This document shows, in pieces, positions 36,804 to 46,618 of a DNA stretch of 64,000 bases. Source of the DNA: Candidatus Omnitrophota bacterium. Its GTDB lineage: Bacteria > Omnitrophota > Gorgyraeia > 2-01-FULL-45-10. The number at the start of each line of letters is the position of its first letter. Within the stretch, counting starts at the first letter, position 1. The notes under the pieces are model-generated. The model had not been told where the DNA came from and searched no databases. It saw nothing but the letters and a program-made list of their open reading frames with translations. The stretch is taken from NCBI GenBank assembly GCA_030695905.1, contig JAUYOL010000004.1, positions 2,874-66,873 on the forward strand. Reading direction: 5' to 3'. The position numbers and the translations under genes were made by a program.

Positions 36804-38906
36804 ATGAACATATTACAGATATTACCATCACTGGAAGTTGGCGGGGTCGAGACCGGGACGATTGATCTGGCGAGGTACCTTGTAAAGAAATGCCACAAGG
36901 TGATCGTCATTTCGGGAGGCGGCCGGCTTGTAAGAGAGCTCGATAAGATGGGCGCGCGCCACTATACGTTACCGGTAGGGAAGAAGTCTATTTTTAATAT
37001 GATACGCATGGTTCGCGCGGTGGCCGATATCATAAAAAATGAAGATATCGATATCGTACATGTGCGCTCGCGCGTGCCGGCGCTTATAGCGTTTATAGCT
37101 TCCAGAATGACCAATCGTGTATTTATGACTACCGCTCATGGTTACTACAAAAAAAGTTTTATGAGTAGCGTAATGGGTTGGGGCAGATTCGTGATAGTGC
37201 CATCCAATATAATAGCTAAGCATATGGTAAGCGATTTTGGCGTGCCCCATGATCGCATACGTTTTATTCCCCGCGGCGTGGATCTGACAAGATTCAAATT
37301 CAGGAATCCTAAGACGCATTCCTCAAAGGGTTTTACCGTGGGGATGATATCAAGAATAACGCCTTTAAAAGGCCATGCCTATTTTATAAAAGCGATATCT
37401 CTTTTATATCGAAAGATCCCCAATCTTAAAGTTGTAATAGTAGGCAGCGCCCCAAAAGAAAAATACAAAGAGGACCTGGATCTGTTAGTAAGAAGGCTCG
37501 GCCTTGCAAATATTGTGCAGTTTGTGGGCGCCAAAGAAGATATCCCATCTGTAATGAAAGACCTGGATTGTCTTGTATCCGCTACAATCACCCCGGAAGC
37601 GTTCGGCAGGTCCATTGTGGAGGCACAGGCGTCCGGTGTACCGGTGGTTTCGACCAGAGTGGGCGGCGTTGTCGATATCATAGAGGATAATAAAACGGGC
37701 CTATTCTGTGACGCGCAGGACCCGCGCGATATGGCCGATAAGATATCGAGGCTTTACCAGGACAGAGCCTTATGGGAAGAGTTTGTGATCCAGGGCAGAA
37801 AGCGCGTGGAGGATAATTTTAATCTCGATCTTATGATGACCAAGACTATTAGCGTATATGAAGAAGCCTTGAAAAGTTTAAATATTCTGGTGATAAAATT
37901 AAGCGCGATAGGCGATGTTATATTAAGCACGCCTTCGCTTCGTTCAATACGCGCAAAACACAAGGACTCTGTGATAAAGGTTCTCGTTGGGCTCCAGGCC
38001 AAAGAAGTGTTGGATAGATGCCCGTATATAAATGACAGGATAATATGTGACTTTAAGGGCAAGAATAAAGGCTTTATTGGGCTATGGAGGTTGTCAGAGG
38101 AATTAAGGAAGGGCTGTTTTGATATAGTAATAGATCTGCAGAATAATAAAAAGAGCCACATACTTTCATTTTTGTCTATGGCGCCGCTTCGCTACGGTTA
38201 CGACAACGGAAAATTTTCTTTTCTATTGAACAAGAGGATAAAGGATGACGCGCCGTATCTGGATCCTATAGACCATCAGTTCAGGGTATTAAAGCTCGCG
38301 GGTATAAAACCTCTGGATAAACATCTGGAGATATGGCCTTCGCCTTCCGACGATGAAAAGGTAAGCGGTTTGCTCAATGAGAGCTGGATCAAATCAACGC
38401 AAAATATAGTAGGTATAAACGTGAGAGCCTCTTCGCGCTGGCTTTCTAAGAATTGGCCGGCTAAGTATATAGCCGAACTTTGTGACAGGCTCGCGAAAGA
38501 ATTCAACGTGCGCACAGTGCTTACAGGGACTAAGGATGATATCCCTTTCATAGAAAGGATAAGCCAGAACACTTCCTCGAAACCTATAGTGGCCGCAGGT
38601 AAGACAGGCATGCTTGAATTGGCGAGCCTTATAAAAAGATGCCGGGCTTATATAACGCCCGATTCCGCGCCTATGCACATCGCCTCGGCCGTAGGCACCC
38701 CATTTATAGGCTTGTTCGGCCCTACGGATCCGGCAAGGCATATAGCGCCATCAAAAAAATACGTAGTAATGAAGAAGGATCTAAAGTGCAGCCCATGCTA
38801 TAACCCGAACTGTTTGAAAAAAGTTAAATGCATGAAAGAGATAACGGTCGACGAGGTTTTTAAAGCTACCAAGGATATCTTAACCCAGAATGGCGCCGGA
38901 CAATGA
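36804..38906 (+). CDS. GT4 + GT9 (heptosyltransferase-like) fusion glycosyltransferase
   Basis: GGVE, H.RSR, EAFGRSIVEAQASG (GT4), then LSAIGDV, K.WP, DSAPMHIA, LFGPT, C.PC....C (GT9). Confidence 0.9.
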   Translation: MNILQILPSLEVGGVETGTIDLARYLVKKCHKVIVISGGGRLVRELDKMGARHYTLPVGKKSIFNMIRMVRAVADIIKNEDIDIVHVRSRVPALIAFIASRMTNRVFMTTAHGYYKKSFMSSVMGWGRFVIVPSNIIAKHMVSDFGVPHDRIRFIPRGVDLTRFKFRNPKTHSSKGFTVGMISRITPLKGHAYFIKAISLLYRKIPNLKVVIVGSAPKEKYKEDLDLLVRRLGLANIVQFVGAKEDIPSVMKDLDCLVSATITPEAFGRSIVEAQASGVPVVSTRVGGVVDIIEDNKTGLFCDAQDPRDMADKISRLYQDRALWEEFVIQGRKRVEDNFNLDLMMTKTISVYEEALKSLNILVIKLSAIGDVILSTPSLRSIRAKHKDSVIKVLVGLQAKEVLDRCPYINDRIICDFKGKNKGFIGLWRLSEELRKGCFDIVIDLQNNKKSHILSFLSMAPLRYGYDNGKFSFLLNKRIKDDAPYLDPIDHQFRVLKLAGIKPLDKHLEIWPSPSDDEKVSGLLNESWIKSTQNIVGINVRASSRWLSKNWPAKYIAELCDRLAKEFNVRTVLTGTKDDIPFIERISQNTSSKPIVAAGKTGMLELASLIKRCRAYITPDSAPMHIASAVGTPFIGLFGPTDPARHIAPSKKYVVMKKDLKCSPCYNPNCLKKVKCMKEITVDEVFKATKDILTQNGAGQ

Positions 38907-40012
38907 AAGTACTGCATGTAAATACGCACATGAATATAGGCGGTATCGGCCGGTATATACTTTCATTGTGCAATGCGATGAAGAAGATGGGGATAGATTG
39001 TTCCGTTGCCTCAAGCGGAGGCAACCTGGAAGATGAGTTAAAAGAAAACGGTATAAAGCATAAGTACATAGGTATAAAGACAAAATTTGAATTTGGCCCG
39101 AAAGTTTTTAGCGCGGTATCGCCTTTAGCTAATATAATTATGGAGGAAGGCGTAAATTTGGTCCATGCGCACACAAGGGTTTCGCAAGTTGTCTCTTTCC
39201 TGGCATCACGTAAAGCAGAGGCTCATTATGTATCGACGTGCCATGGTTTTTTTAAACCCAAATTATCGAGAAAACTGTTTGATACATGGGGAGAGAGAGT
39301 AGTCGCGATAAGTGAGCCTGTAAAGGCCCATCTGGAAAGAGATTTTGGTATAAATTCAGAACGCATAGGGCTTATACATAACGGAGTCGATATGGATAAA
39401 TTCTCGAAAAATTTTTCGAACGACGAAATATCCAAACTAAAAAGATCAATAACGCTTAAAGAAGGCCCTGTAGTGGGGACTATTGGCAGGCTCTCCTCTG
39501 TTAAAGGCCAGAAATTTCTTATTGAGGCGATGAAGAACGTGATTTCTAAAAATAATCTGGCGCAATGTCTTATCATAGGTGAGGGGCCGGAAGAAGATGA
39601 ATTGAAAAAGTTGGCCGTTGATTTGGGCATAGAAAATAACGTAAAATTCGCGGGCCCTATCTATAAAGACGCTAATATGTATCTTGCATGCATGGATGTA
39701 TTTGTGCTGCCTTCGATAAAAGAGGGGCTGGGCCTTGCGCTGCTCGAGGCGATGGCCGCCGCAAGACCGTGCGTAGCATCAGATATAGGCGGAATAAGGG
39801 ATATAGTTAAGGACAGGGATAATGGCATGCTCGTCCCTGTGGCCGATATCAGCGCGATGGCAGATTCTATATCGAAACTTTTGAGTGATAAGGCCGCCGC
39901 GATGCGGCTTGGGCAAAATGGAAGAGAGTTTGTGAAAGAAAATTTCTCAATTACCGTTATGGCTGAAAAGATGAGCAGGCTCTACAGGGAGGTAGTAAGT
40001 GGCAAACAGTAA
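38903..40012 (+). CDS. Glycosyltransferase family 4
   Basis: GGI, HAH, HNGVD, GRL...KG, EGLGLALLEAMA. Confidence 0.92.
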   Translation: MKVLHVNTHMNIGGIGRYILSLCNAMKKMGIDCSVASSGGNLEDELKENGIKHKYIGIKTKFEFGPKVFSAVSPLANIIMEEGVNLVHAHTRVSQVVSFLASRKAEAHYVSTCHGFFKPKLSRKLFDTWGERVVAISEPVKAHLERDFGINSERIGLIHNGVDMDKFSKNFSNDEISKLKRSITLKEGPVVGTIGRLSSVKGQKFLIEAMKNVISKNNLAQCLIIGEGPEEDELKKLAVDLGIENNVKFAGPIYKDANMYLACMDVFVLPSIKEGLGLALLEAMAAARPCVASDIGGIRDIVKDRDNGMLVPVADISAMADSISKLLSDKAAAMRLGQNGREFVKENFSITVMAEKMSRLYREVVSGKQ

Positions 40013-40793
40013 GAAGCGCATATTATTAGTTGCCGCTACTACAATAGCAGTCCTGTTAATTGCCTCGATAGGTTATGTTGATGTAAAATCTTCCTCGGTC
40101 GTTCCGATATTAATGTACCATTCTTTTGAGGTTGAGGATCCCGGAACCACGCCCAATGTTACGCCCGAAATATTCCGTAAGCAGATAGAGTTTTTTGTTA
40201 AACATAAATATAATATAGTAGGTCTGGACAAGGTTGTAGTTTATATGACAAAAAAAGAAAAGATGCCTTCAAGGGCAGTCGCTATAACAGTTGATGACGG
40301 CTTGCGCAGTTTTTATAAAAATGCTTATCCTATATTAAAAGAGTACGGTGTGCATGCCGCGCTCTTTATGGCTGCGGATCGCGTAGGAGAGCCGGGTTAT
40401 ATGAGCTGGAAAGAGTTGCGCGAAGTCTCCGATTCAGGCTTAGTTATGGTTGAAAGCCACACGGCGTCGCATCCATGGCTTCCGACTATTTCTGTTGATG
40501 AAAAAAAACTGCATGAAGAAATTATAGGCTCTAAGGAGATTTTTGAGTACGGGCTACGAAAAAAAGTGGACTATATATGTTATCCTAACGGCGGATTCAA
40601 TGACCTGGTAAAGGAGACGGCAAGATTGGCAGGGTACGAGGGTGCCTTTACAACCAATCCGGATAAGAAAAGCGCGATCAATGATATATACGCGATAAGA
40701 CGGCTTAAGATGTCATCGTCGTCCAGGACCCCTCTGGTGATTTGGGGCAAGGTAAACAGATTTTATGCTTGGTGGAAGGAGACCAGATGGTAG
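39999..40793 (+). CDS. Membrane-anchored polysaccharide deacetylase (CE4, IcaB-like)
   Basis: PILMYH, ITVDDG, SHTASHP, CYPNG, N-terminal TM. Confidence 0.9.
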   Translation: MANSKKRILLVAATTIAVLLIASIGYVDVKSSSVVPILMYHSFEVEDPGTTPNVTPEIFRKQIEFFVKHKYNIVGLDKVVVYMTKKEKMPSRAVAITVDDGLRSFYKNAYPILKEYGVHAALFMAADRVGEPGYMSWKELREVSDSGLVMVESHTASHPWLPTISVDEKKLHEEIIGSKEIFEYGLRKKVDYICYPNGGFNDLVKETARLAGYEGAFTTNPDKKSAINDIYAIRRLKMSSSSRTPLVIWGKVNRFYAWWKETRW

Positions 40794-41812
40794 GCGGTAG
40801 TAAAAAAATACTTATAGTAAACGTGAACTGGATAGGGGACGTAATATTTTCGACTCCGTTTATAAAGACCATCCGCGACGCCTATCCGGATAGCTATATA
40901 GCCTGCCTTTTACATCCGCGCTGTATCGATGTGTTGAAAGACAACCCGCGTATCGACGAGATAATAATCTACGATGAAGAAGGCGCGCACAAAGGCCTTA
41001 TCGGTAAATTAAAATTAATAGCTTACTTAAGAAAGAAGAGATTTGATATAGCGTTTATACTGCACAGGTCATTTACAAAAGCGCTTATAACGTTTTTAGC
41101 TGCGGTTAAAGAGCGGGTAGGATATCCTACCAAGAAGCGCGGCATGTTTTTAACTAAACTTGTGGAGATTTCGGATGAAGAGATCCACAAGGTAGAGTAT
41201 TTTCTTAATTTAGCCAGAGCATACGGGATAGCGGTAGGCGATGTCGCGTATGAATTTTTCGTAAAACAGTCAGACCGGCAAAAGATAAAGCAGTTTTTAA
41301 ATGAAAATGGTATAGGCGATAAAGATCTTCTAATAGTGCTTTGCCCGGGCGGTAACTGGAATCCTAAAAGGTGGCCAAGGGAAAATTTCGCGCAATTAGC
41401 CGATATATTTATAGAAAGACTTAACGCGAAGGTGGTAATATCCGGAGCGAAAAAGGATATCGCGCTGGCAGAAGATATAGGAAGATCAATGAAGAATAGG
41501 CCGGTCATTTCCTGCGGCAAAACAGATTTAAAAGGGCTGGGAGCTTTGATGGAGCGCGCAAACCTGGTAGTGGCAAATGATACGGGTCCTATGCACATTG
41601 CCGTAGCGATGAAAAGTAATGTTATAGCGTTATTCGGGCCGACATCCGCTGGGCTTACGGGCCCTTACGGGAAGGGCAGTTATAACGTAATCTCGAAAAA
41701 CGAAGAATGCGACGTCCCTTGTTATGATATGACATGCACAGATAACCGTTGTATGGCGCTTATAAAACCGGAAGACGTGTTTAAGGAAGCCCTAAAATTA
41801 ATTAAACCATGA
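40787..41812 (+). CDS. waaF: LPS heptosyltransferase II-like (GT9)
   Basis: NWIGDV, PKRWP, NDTGPMHIA, LFGPT, C.PC. AAGGAG RBS before ATG 40787. Confidence 0.8.
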   Translation: MVGGSKKILIVNVNWIGDVIFSTPFIKTIRDAYPDSYIACLLHPRCIDVLKDNPRIDEIIIYDEEGAHKGLIGKLKLIAYLRKKRFDIAFILHRSFTKALITFLAAVKERVGYPTKKRGMFLTKLVEISDEEIHKVEYFLNLARAYGIAVGDVAYEFFVKQSDRQKIKQFLNENGIGDKDLLIVLCPGGNWNPKRWPRENFAQLADIFIERLNAKVVISGAKKDIALAEDIGRSMKNRPVISCGKTDLKGLGALMERANLVVANDTGPMHIAVAMKSNVIALFGPTSAGLTGPYGKGSYNVISKNEECDVPCYDMTCTDNRCMALIKPEDVFKEALKLIKP

Positions 41813-42786
41813 AAATAGATAAAGATCAGATAAAGCGAATACTCGTTATAACTTTGAGCAACATAGGCGATATTATTCTTACCACGCCTGTTATAAGGAC
41901 GCTTTCAAAAGAGTTTCCATCTTCAAGAATAGATGTGATGGTAGGGCCAAATGGCAGAGATATTTTTAATAAGGATCCGCGGATCTTTAAGCTGGTCATA
42001 TATGATAAGCATATATCTATAGTCGAAAAGAGAAGGCTGCAGTTAAAATTAAAGAGGTTAAAATATGATCTCGTAGTCGATCTAAAGAATACGGCCTTTC
42101 CTATTTTGCTGATGCCAAAGTATAGAACCAGCTCTATGCAGACATTTCCCAAAAGCATTATCCATAAAAAAGAAAAACACCTGTATAGGCTTCACCCGCT
42201 TGGGATGCAGAATATCAAGGAAGATTCATATATTTACATTCCGCAAGAGGATGAAAGATATGTGCAGAACCTGCTGGCGGAGTGTAATATATCCGATCCT
42301 ATAGTTGTTATCAATCCGGGCGCTAAGAGCCACCTTAAAAGATGGACGGCCGAGGGATTTGCCAGTGTCGCGGATAGGCTGGCCAGCGAAAGCAGTGCGA
42401 GCATTGTCTTCATAGGCATGGGAGAAGACGGCGGGGTTGTTAGCGAAGTAACTAGAAGGATGAAGGGCAAATTTTATAACTTTACGAACAAGACCAATAT
42501 AAGGCAGTTGGCGGCATTATTGAAAAGAGCGAAATTGCTGATAACAAACGATAGTGCGCCATTACATCTGGGTTGCACTATGGGAACAAGGGTATTGGCC
42601 ATATTCGGCCCAACCGATCCTAAAAAATACGGCCCAACGGGAGAGCTTGACGCGGTTATCAATAAAAAGTTGTTTTGTTCCCCCTGCGAAAGTGCTGTAT
42701 GTAAGTATAATCACGAATGTATGAAACTGATTTCGCCGGACGAGGTCTATGACTTTGCAAAGATGATGGTGGAAGGATATGAGTAA
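41809..42786 (+). CDS. GT9 heptosyltransferase-like protein
   Basis: LSNIGDII, K.W, NDSAPLH, IFGPT, CSPC...C...CM. Confidence 0.9.
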   Translation: MKIDKDQIKRILVITLSNIGDIILTTPVIRTLSKEFPSSRIDVMVGPNGRDIFNKDPRIFKLVIYDKHISIVEKRRLQLKLKRLKYDLVVDLKNTAFPILLMPKYRTSSMQTFPKSIIHKKEKHLYRLHPLGMQNIKEDSYIYIPQEDERYVQNLLAECNISDPIVVINPGAKSHLKRWTAEGFASVADRLASESSASIVFIGMGEDGGVVSEVTRRMKGKFYNFTNKTNIRQLAALLKRAKLLITNDSAPLHLGCTMGTRVLAIFGPTDPKKYGPTGELDAVINKKLFCSPCESAVCKYNHECMKLISPDEVYDFAKMMVEGYE

Positions 42787-43840
42787 AATCCCAAATCCCA
42801 AATCCCAAATTACAAAGTACAAAAAAATTCTTATTGTCAGGACGGATAAGATAGGGGACCTTGTTCTATCCACACCTGTTATAAAGGCCGTGCGCGACGC
42901 GTATCCGGATAGCTACATAGCGGCGGTCGTCAGGCCTTACGCGCATGAAGTAATTAAGGGCAATCCGTATCTAAACGAGGTTATAACATATGAGAAGTCA
43001 AAAAAAGGCATGAGCATCTTAAGTGACCTCAAATTTATATTAGGGTTAAGAAAAAAGAAATTCGATCTGGCGTTTATACTTCACCCAAAAAACAGGACGC
43101 ACATAATAATGTTTCTGGCCGGAATTCCCAAAAGGATAGGCTACGACAAAAAGCTTGGGATTCTTTTGACGAAGAGGATCCCGCATCTGAAGGAATATGG
43201 GCTGAAACACGAAATAGACTATACGCTCGATATAGTGCGTTATGCGGGTATTGAACCAAAAGAGAAGACCCTGCATGTGACCGCGGATGGGGCCGCAGAA
43301 AAAAAAGTGGACGATATTTTTGCCAAGAGCGGCATATCCAAGGACAATATGGTGATAGCGGTACATCCCGGCGCAAGTTGTCTTTCAAAAAAATGGAAAG
43401 TAGAGCGTTTTGCGAAGGTAGCGGATTCACTCGCCGAAAAGTATAATGCGAAGATTGTTATAATAGCAGGGTCTGTGGACAAAAAACTTGGAGACAGGAC
43501 GGCGGAGCTGATGATTTCCGGCAATGTGAACCTGTCGGGCAAGACCACCGTATCGGATGTCGTAAGCGTGTTAAAGCGTTCGAACCTATTTATATCGAAT
43601 GATTCAGGCCCAGTACATATAGCCTGCGCTGTGGGAACGCCGACAATATCTATATTCGGACGAAATGACAGAGGGCTTTCGCCGCAGCGCTGGAGGCCCA
43701 TAGGCAAGAAAGACATAGCTTTGCATAAGGATGTCGGATGCAAATTATGCCTTGCCCATAACTGCAAGCGCGGCTTCGCGTGCCTGGAAGCTATAAGCGT
43801 AGATGACGTGCTTGCCGCCGCGCAAACAATATTGCGTTGA
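42779..43840 (+). CDS. GT9 heptosyltransferase-like protein
   Basis: RTDKIGDLV, HPGA...KKW, NDSGPVHIA, IFG, C..C....C. Confidence 0.9.
   Translation: MSKIPNPKSQITKYKKILIVRTDKIGDLVLSTPVIKAVRDAYPDSYIAAVVRPYAHEVIKGNPYLNEVITYEKSKKGMSILSDLKFILGLRKKKFDLAFILHPKNRTHIIMFLAGIPKRIGYDKKLGILLTKRIPHLKEYGLKHEIDYTLDIVRYAGIEPKEKTLHVTADGAAEKKVDDIFAKSGISKDNMVIAVHPGASCLSKKWKVERFAKVADSLAEKYNAKIVIIAGSVDKKLGDRTAELMISGNVNLSGKTTVSDVVSVLKRSNLFISNDSGPVHIACAVGTPTISIFGRNDRGLSPQRWRPIGKKDIALHKDVGCKLCLAHNCKRGFACLEAISVDDVLAAAQTILR
42786..42820 (+). repeat. Heptamer tandem repeat at the 5' end of a GT9 gene
   Basis: AAATCCC x3 followed by AAATTAC AAAGTAC. Confidence 0.85.
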
Positions 43841-43866
43841 CGAGGCTCGACGCCTTGTGATAAGAT
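43837..43866 (+). promoter_or_regulatory. Putative sigma70 promoter for the heptose/Kdo genes
   Basis: TTGACG-18 bp-TAAGAT with a TG extension. Confidence 0.4.
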
Positions 43867-43881
43867 ATTGATTCTTTAAGG

Positions 43882-44826
43882 ATGTATTTAATGCAAAAGA
43901 GAGTAGACCTATCCAAAATAAGGACCATACGCCTTGATACTCGCAAGTGCAAGGTGTCCGTGAAGGACTTTGCGCACCTTGTAAAAAAGGGGTCGAGTTT
44001 TAAAGATTTTTACAATTCATTGCCCGCTATTCTCGCCGCCAATAATTTTAAAACTGTAGTAGACGATATCATTGCCGCCCACAAAAAGAAGAAGATGGTT
44101 ATATTTATGATGGGCGCGCATGTAATAAAGTGCGGCCTGTCGCCGTTGGTCATAGACCTGATGAAGCGTGGTGTTGTAAGAGCAGTCGCGTTAAATGGAG
44201 CCGGCATAATACATGATACCGAGGTCGCTATGATAGGCAGGACGAGCGAAGATGTCGGTGAGGGCATAGTTGACGGCTCGTTCGGCATGGCGGAAGATAC
44301 AGCTTCGTTTATCAACGGCTCGATAAACTATGGGTTTAGAAACGGCGTTGGTATAGGAGAGGCCCTTGGCAGCCGAATATTGAAGTCAAAATTTTCGTGC
44401 AAAGGTTTAAGCATTTTGGCGGAAGGTTACAGATTAGGCATACCGGTAACGGCTCATGTAGCGATAGGAACAGACATAATACACCAGCATCCCAGTGCGG
44501 TAGGGATGGCTATAGGAGAGGGGTCGCTTCTTGACTTCAAAAACTTTATCTACAGCGTTTCAAAGCTTGATGGAGGCGTGGCCGCCAATATCGGTTCGGC
44601 CGTGATTTTACCCGAAGTATTCTTAAAAGCGGTAACAGTCGCCAGAAATTTAGGATACAAGGTAGATAAATTTACGACGGCAAGTTTTGATATGATTAGC
44701 CAGTACAGGGTGCATCAGAATGTCATATCCAGGCCGACATCAAAGGGCGGCAAAGGGTACAGCATTATAGGGCATCATGAAATAATGATTCCGCTGCTTC
44801 ACAGATCGATAATAGAAAAGATATAA
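43882..44826 (+). CDS. Deoxyhypusine-synthase-like fold protein (GSU2086-like), function unknown
   Basis: MGAHVIKCGL, NGAGIIHD.E, IPVT.H..IGTDI, GSAVILPEVFLK, GHHEIMIPLL. Confidence 0.7.
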   Translation: MYLMQKRVDLSKIRTIRLDTRKCKVSVKDFAHLVKKGSSFKDFYNSLPAILAANNFKTVVDDIIAAHKKKKMVIFMMGAHVIKCGLSPLVIDLMKRGVVRAVALNGAGIIHDTEVAMIGRTSEDVGEGIVDGSFGMAEDTASFINGSINYGFRNGVGIGEALGSRILKSKFSCKGLSILAEGYRLGIPVTAHVAIGTDIIHQHPSAVGMAIGEGSLLDFKNFIYSVSKLDGGVAANIGSAVILPEVFLKAVTVARNLGYKVDKFTTASFDMISQYRVHQNVISRPTSKGGKGYSIIGHHEIMIPLLHRSIIEKI

Positions 44827-44830
44827 AATT

Positions 44831-45838
44831 ATGGAAAAACAGAATTTCAACAAGCTGAAACAGATAGTATCAAATTTTAAGGACGCGAACGTTCTGGTCA
44901 TAGGCGACCTTATTCTTGACGAATTTATATGGGGAGACGTTTCCCGCATATCTCCCGAAGCGCCTGTGCCGGTGGTGTGGGTCAGACGTGAAAGTTTCAT
45001 GCCCGGAGGGGCGTCAAATGTCGCGAATAATTTGAGAAGTTTGGGTGCGCACACCTTCATAGCCGGAGTGATCGGCGATGATGAAAGGGGCGCTATACTC
45101 AAGGGAGAGCTTGAGCAGAAAGGCATCGATACCGGCGGTATAGTCGTGGATGAGTCCAGGCCGACCACTCTAAAGACGCGCGTTGTCGCCCATCACCAGC
45201 AGGTTGTTAGAATAGATAAGGAGAAAAAGGACGCGTTAAGCGACGTGATGATATCGCGTATCATCGATTATACTAAAAAGATAATAGACAGTATAGACGC
45301 GGTTATAATCGAGGACTATGGCAAAGGAGTCATAACTCCTAAGCTGCTGAAGAGTATAGTGCCGTTAGCCAGATCGCGAAAAAAGATAATATCTGTCGAC
45401 CCCAAAGAGGAACATCTGAAATATTATCAGGGGATAAGCCTTATCACTCCGAATAATCATGAGGCGTCCAAGGCCGTTGGCTTTGAAATAAAAGATAACG
45501 CGACATTAAAAAAGGCCGGTGAGGCCATGCTCAAAAAATTCAAATGCAAAATAGCCCTGATAACACTGGGCGAGAATGGTATGGCGGTTTTTCAGAAGGA
45601 TAAACCTATGAAGCATATACCTACGGTGGCGCAGGAAGTATTCGATGTGTCCGGCGCGGGAGATACAGTGATAGCCTCTTATACGCTTGCGCTCGCGTCC
45701 GGAGCGAGTCCTGTGCAGGCGGCGCATATTTCTAACTGCGCGGGCGGCATTGTTGTCGGCAAGGTAGGTATCGCGGTTGTAACGCCGGATGAATTGATAG
45801 ATAGAGTAAGAAAAGAATCCGGAATAATAAATAATTAA
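44831..45838 (+). CDS. rfaE1: D-glycero-D-manno-heptose-7-phosphate kinase (HldE domain I only)
   Basis: GDLILDEF, RISPEAPVPVV, GGASNVANN, TPN..EA, VFDVSGAGDTV. Confidence 0.94.
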   Translation: MEKQNFNKLKQIVSNFKDANVLVIGDLILDEFIWGDVSRISPEAPVPVVWVRRESFMPGGASNVANNLRSLGAHTFIAGVIGDDERGAILKGELEQKGIDTGGIVVDESRPTTLKTRVVAHHQQVVRIDKEKKDALSDVMISRIIDYTKKIIDSIDAVIIEDYGKGVITPKLLKSIVPLARSRKKIISVDPKEEHLKYYQGISLITPNNHEASKAVGFEIKDNATLKKAGEAMLKKFKCKIALITLGENGMAVFQKDKPMKHIPTVAQEVFDVSGAGDTVIASYTLALASGASPVQAAHISNCAGGIVVGKVGIAVVTPDELIDRVRKESGIINN

Positions 45839-45859
45839 AAATCGGAGGAGTCAGTAAAA

Positions 45860-46606
45860 GTGAAAGCTATAGGGGTAATACCCGCAAGATGGGGTTCCAC
45901 AAGATTTGAAGGTAAGGTACTGGCGGATCTTCTGGGTAAGCCGGTGATACAGCATGTTTGGGAGAGCGCGAAAAAGGCGAAGACGCTGGACGACCTTGTT
46001 GTTGCGTGTGATGATGAGCGCATAATGAAGGTTGTGCAGGAGTTCGGCGGGAAAGCGGTCTATACGTCCGTCGACCAGCCGTCCGGCACCGACCGGCTCG
46101 CGGAAGTAGTGAACCCTCTGGACGTGAAGATAGCGGTAAATATACAGGGCGATGAGCCGCTTGTTAAGCCCATCATGATAGATAATCTCGTGATGGCTCT
46201 TGAAGATGAGAAGACCGCGCAGATGGCGACTATGGTAAAGAAGATAGAAGACGAAGAAGAGCTTACGAATTCAAATGTGGTAAAGGCTATCTTTGATAAG
46301 AATGGATACGCGATATATTTTTCGCGTTACGCTATACCGTATAATAGGACAAACAGCGTCGATAAAGATAAGAAGCCGGTATATTATAAACATATAGGCA
46401 TGTACGCGTTTACCAAGGACTTTTTATTCACATTCAGAAATCTGCCTAAATCATCTCTCGAAAACGCGGAAAAACTTGAACAGCTGCGCGTGCTGGAGTA
46501 TGGTTACAAGATAAAGATAGTTGAAACGAAGTTCGATACAATCGGTGTTGATACGCATGAAGATCTGTTGAGAGTAAAAGAGATGATGTTGTCTGAAAGA
46601 TACTAA
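45860..46606 (+). CDS. kdsB: CMP-Kdo synthetase
   Basis: IPARWGSTRF.GK, SGTDR, NIQGDEP, YFSR, HIGMY, EKLEQLR. Confidence 0.97.
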   Translation: MKAIGVIPARWGSTRFEGKVLADLLGKPVIQHVWESAKKAKTLDDLVVACDDERIMKVVQEFGGKAVYTSVDQPSGTDRLAEVVNPLDVKIAVNIQGDEPLVKPIMIDNLVMALEDEKTAQMATMVKKIEDEEELTNSNVVKAIFDKNGYAIYFSRYAIPYNRTNSVDKDKKPVYYKHIGMYAFTKDFLFTFRNLPKSSLENAEKLEQLRVLEYGYKIKIVETKFDTIGVDTHEDLLRVKEMMLSERY

Positions 46607-46618
46607 AGGTAAAATATA

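Noticed and set aside
40793-40800. GGCGGTAG resembling an ops (RfaH) element
   Set aside because: It lies within the first codons of a CDS, with no JUMPstart context. An 8-mer match can occur by chance.
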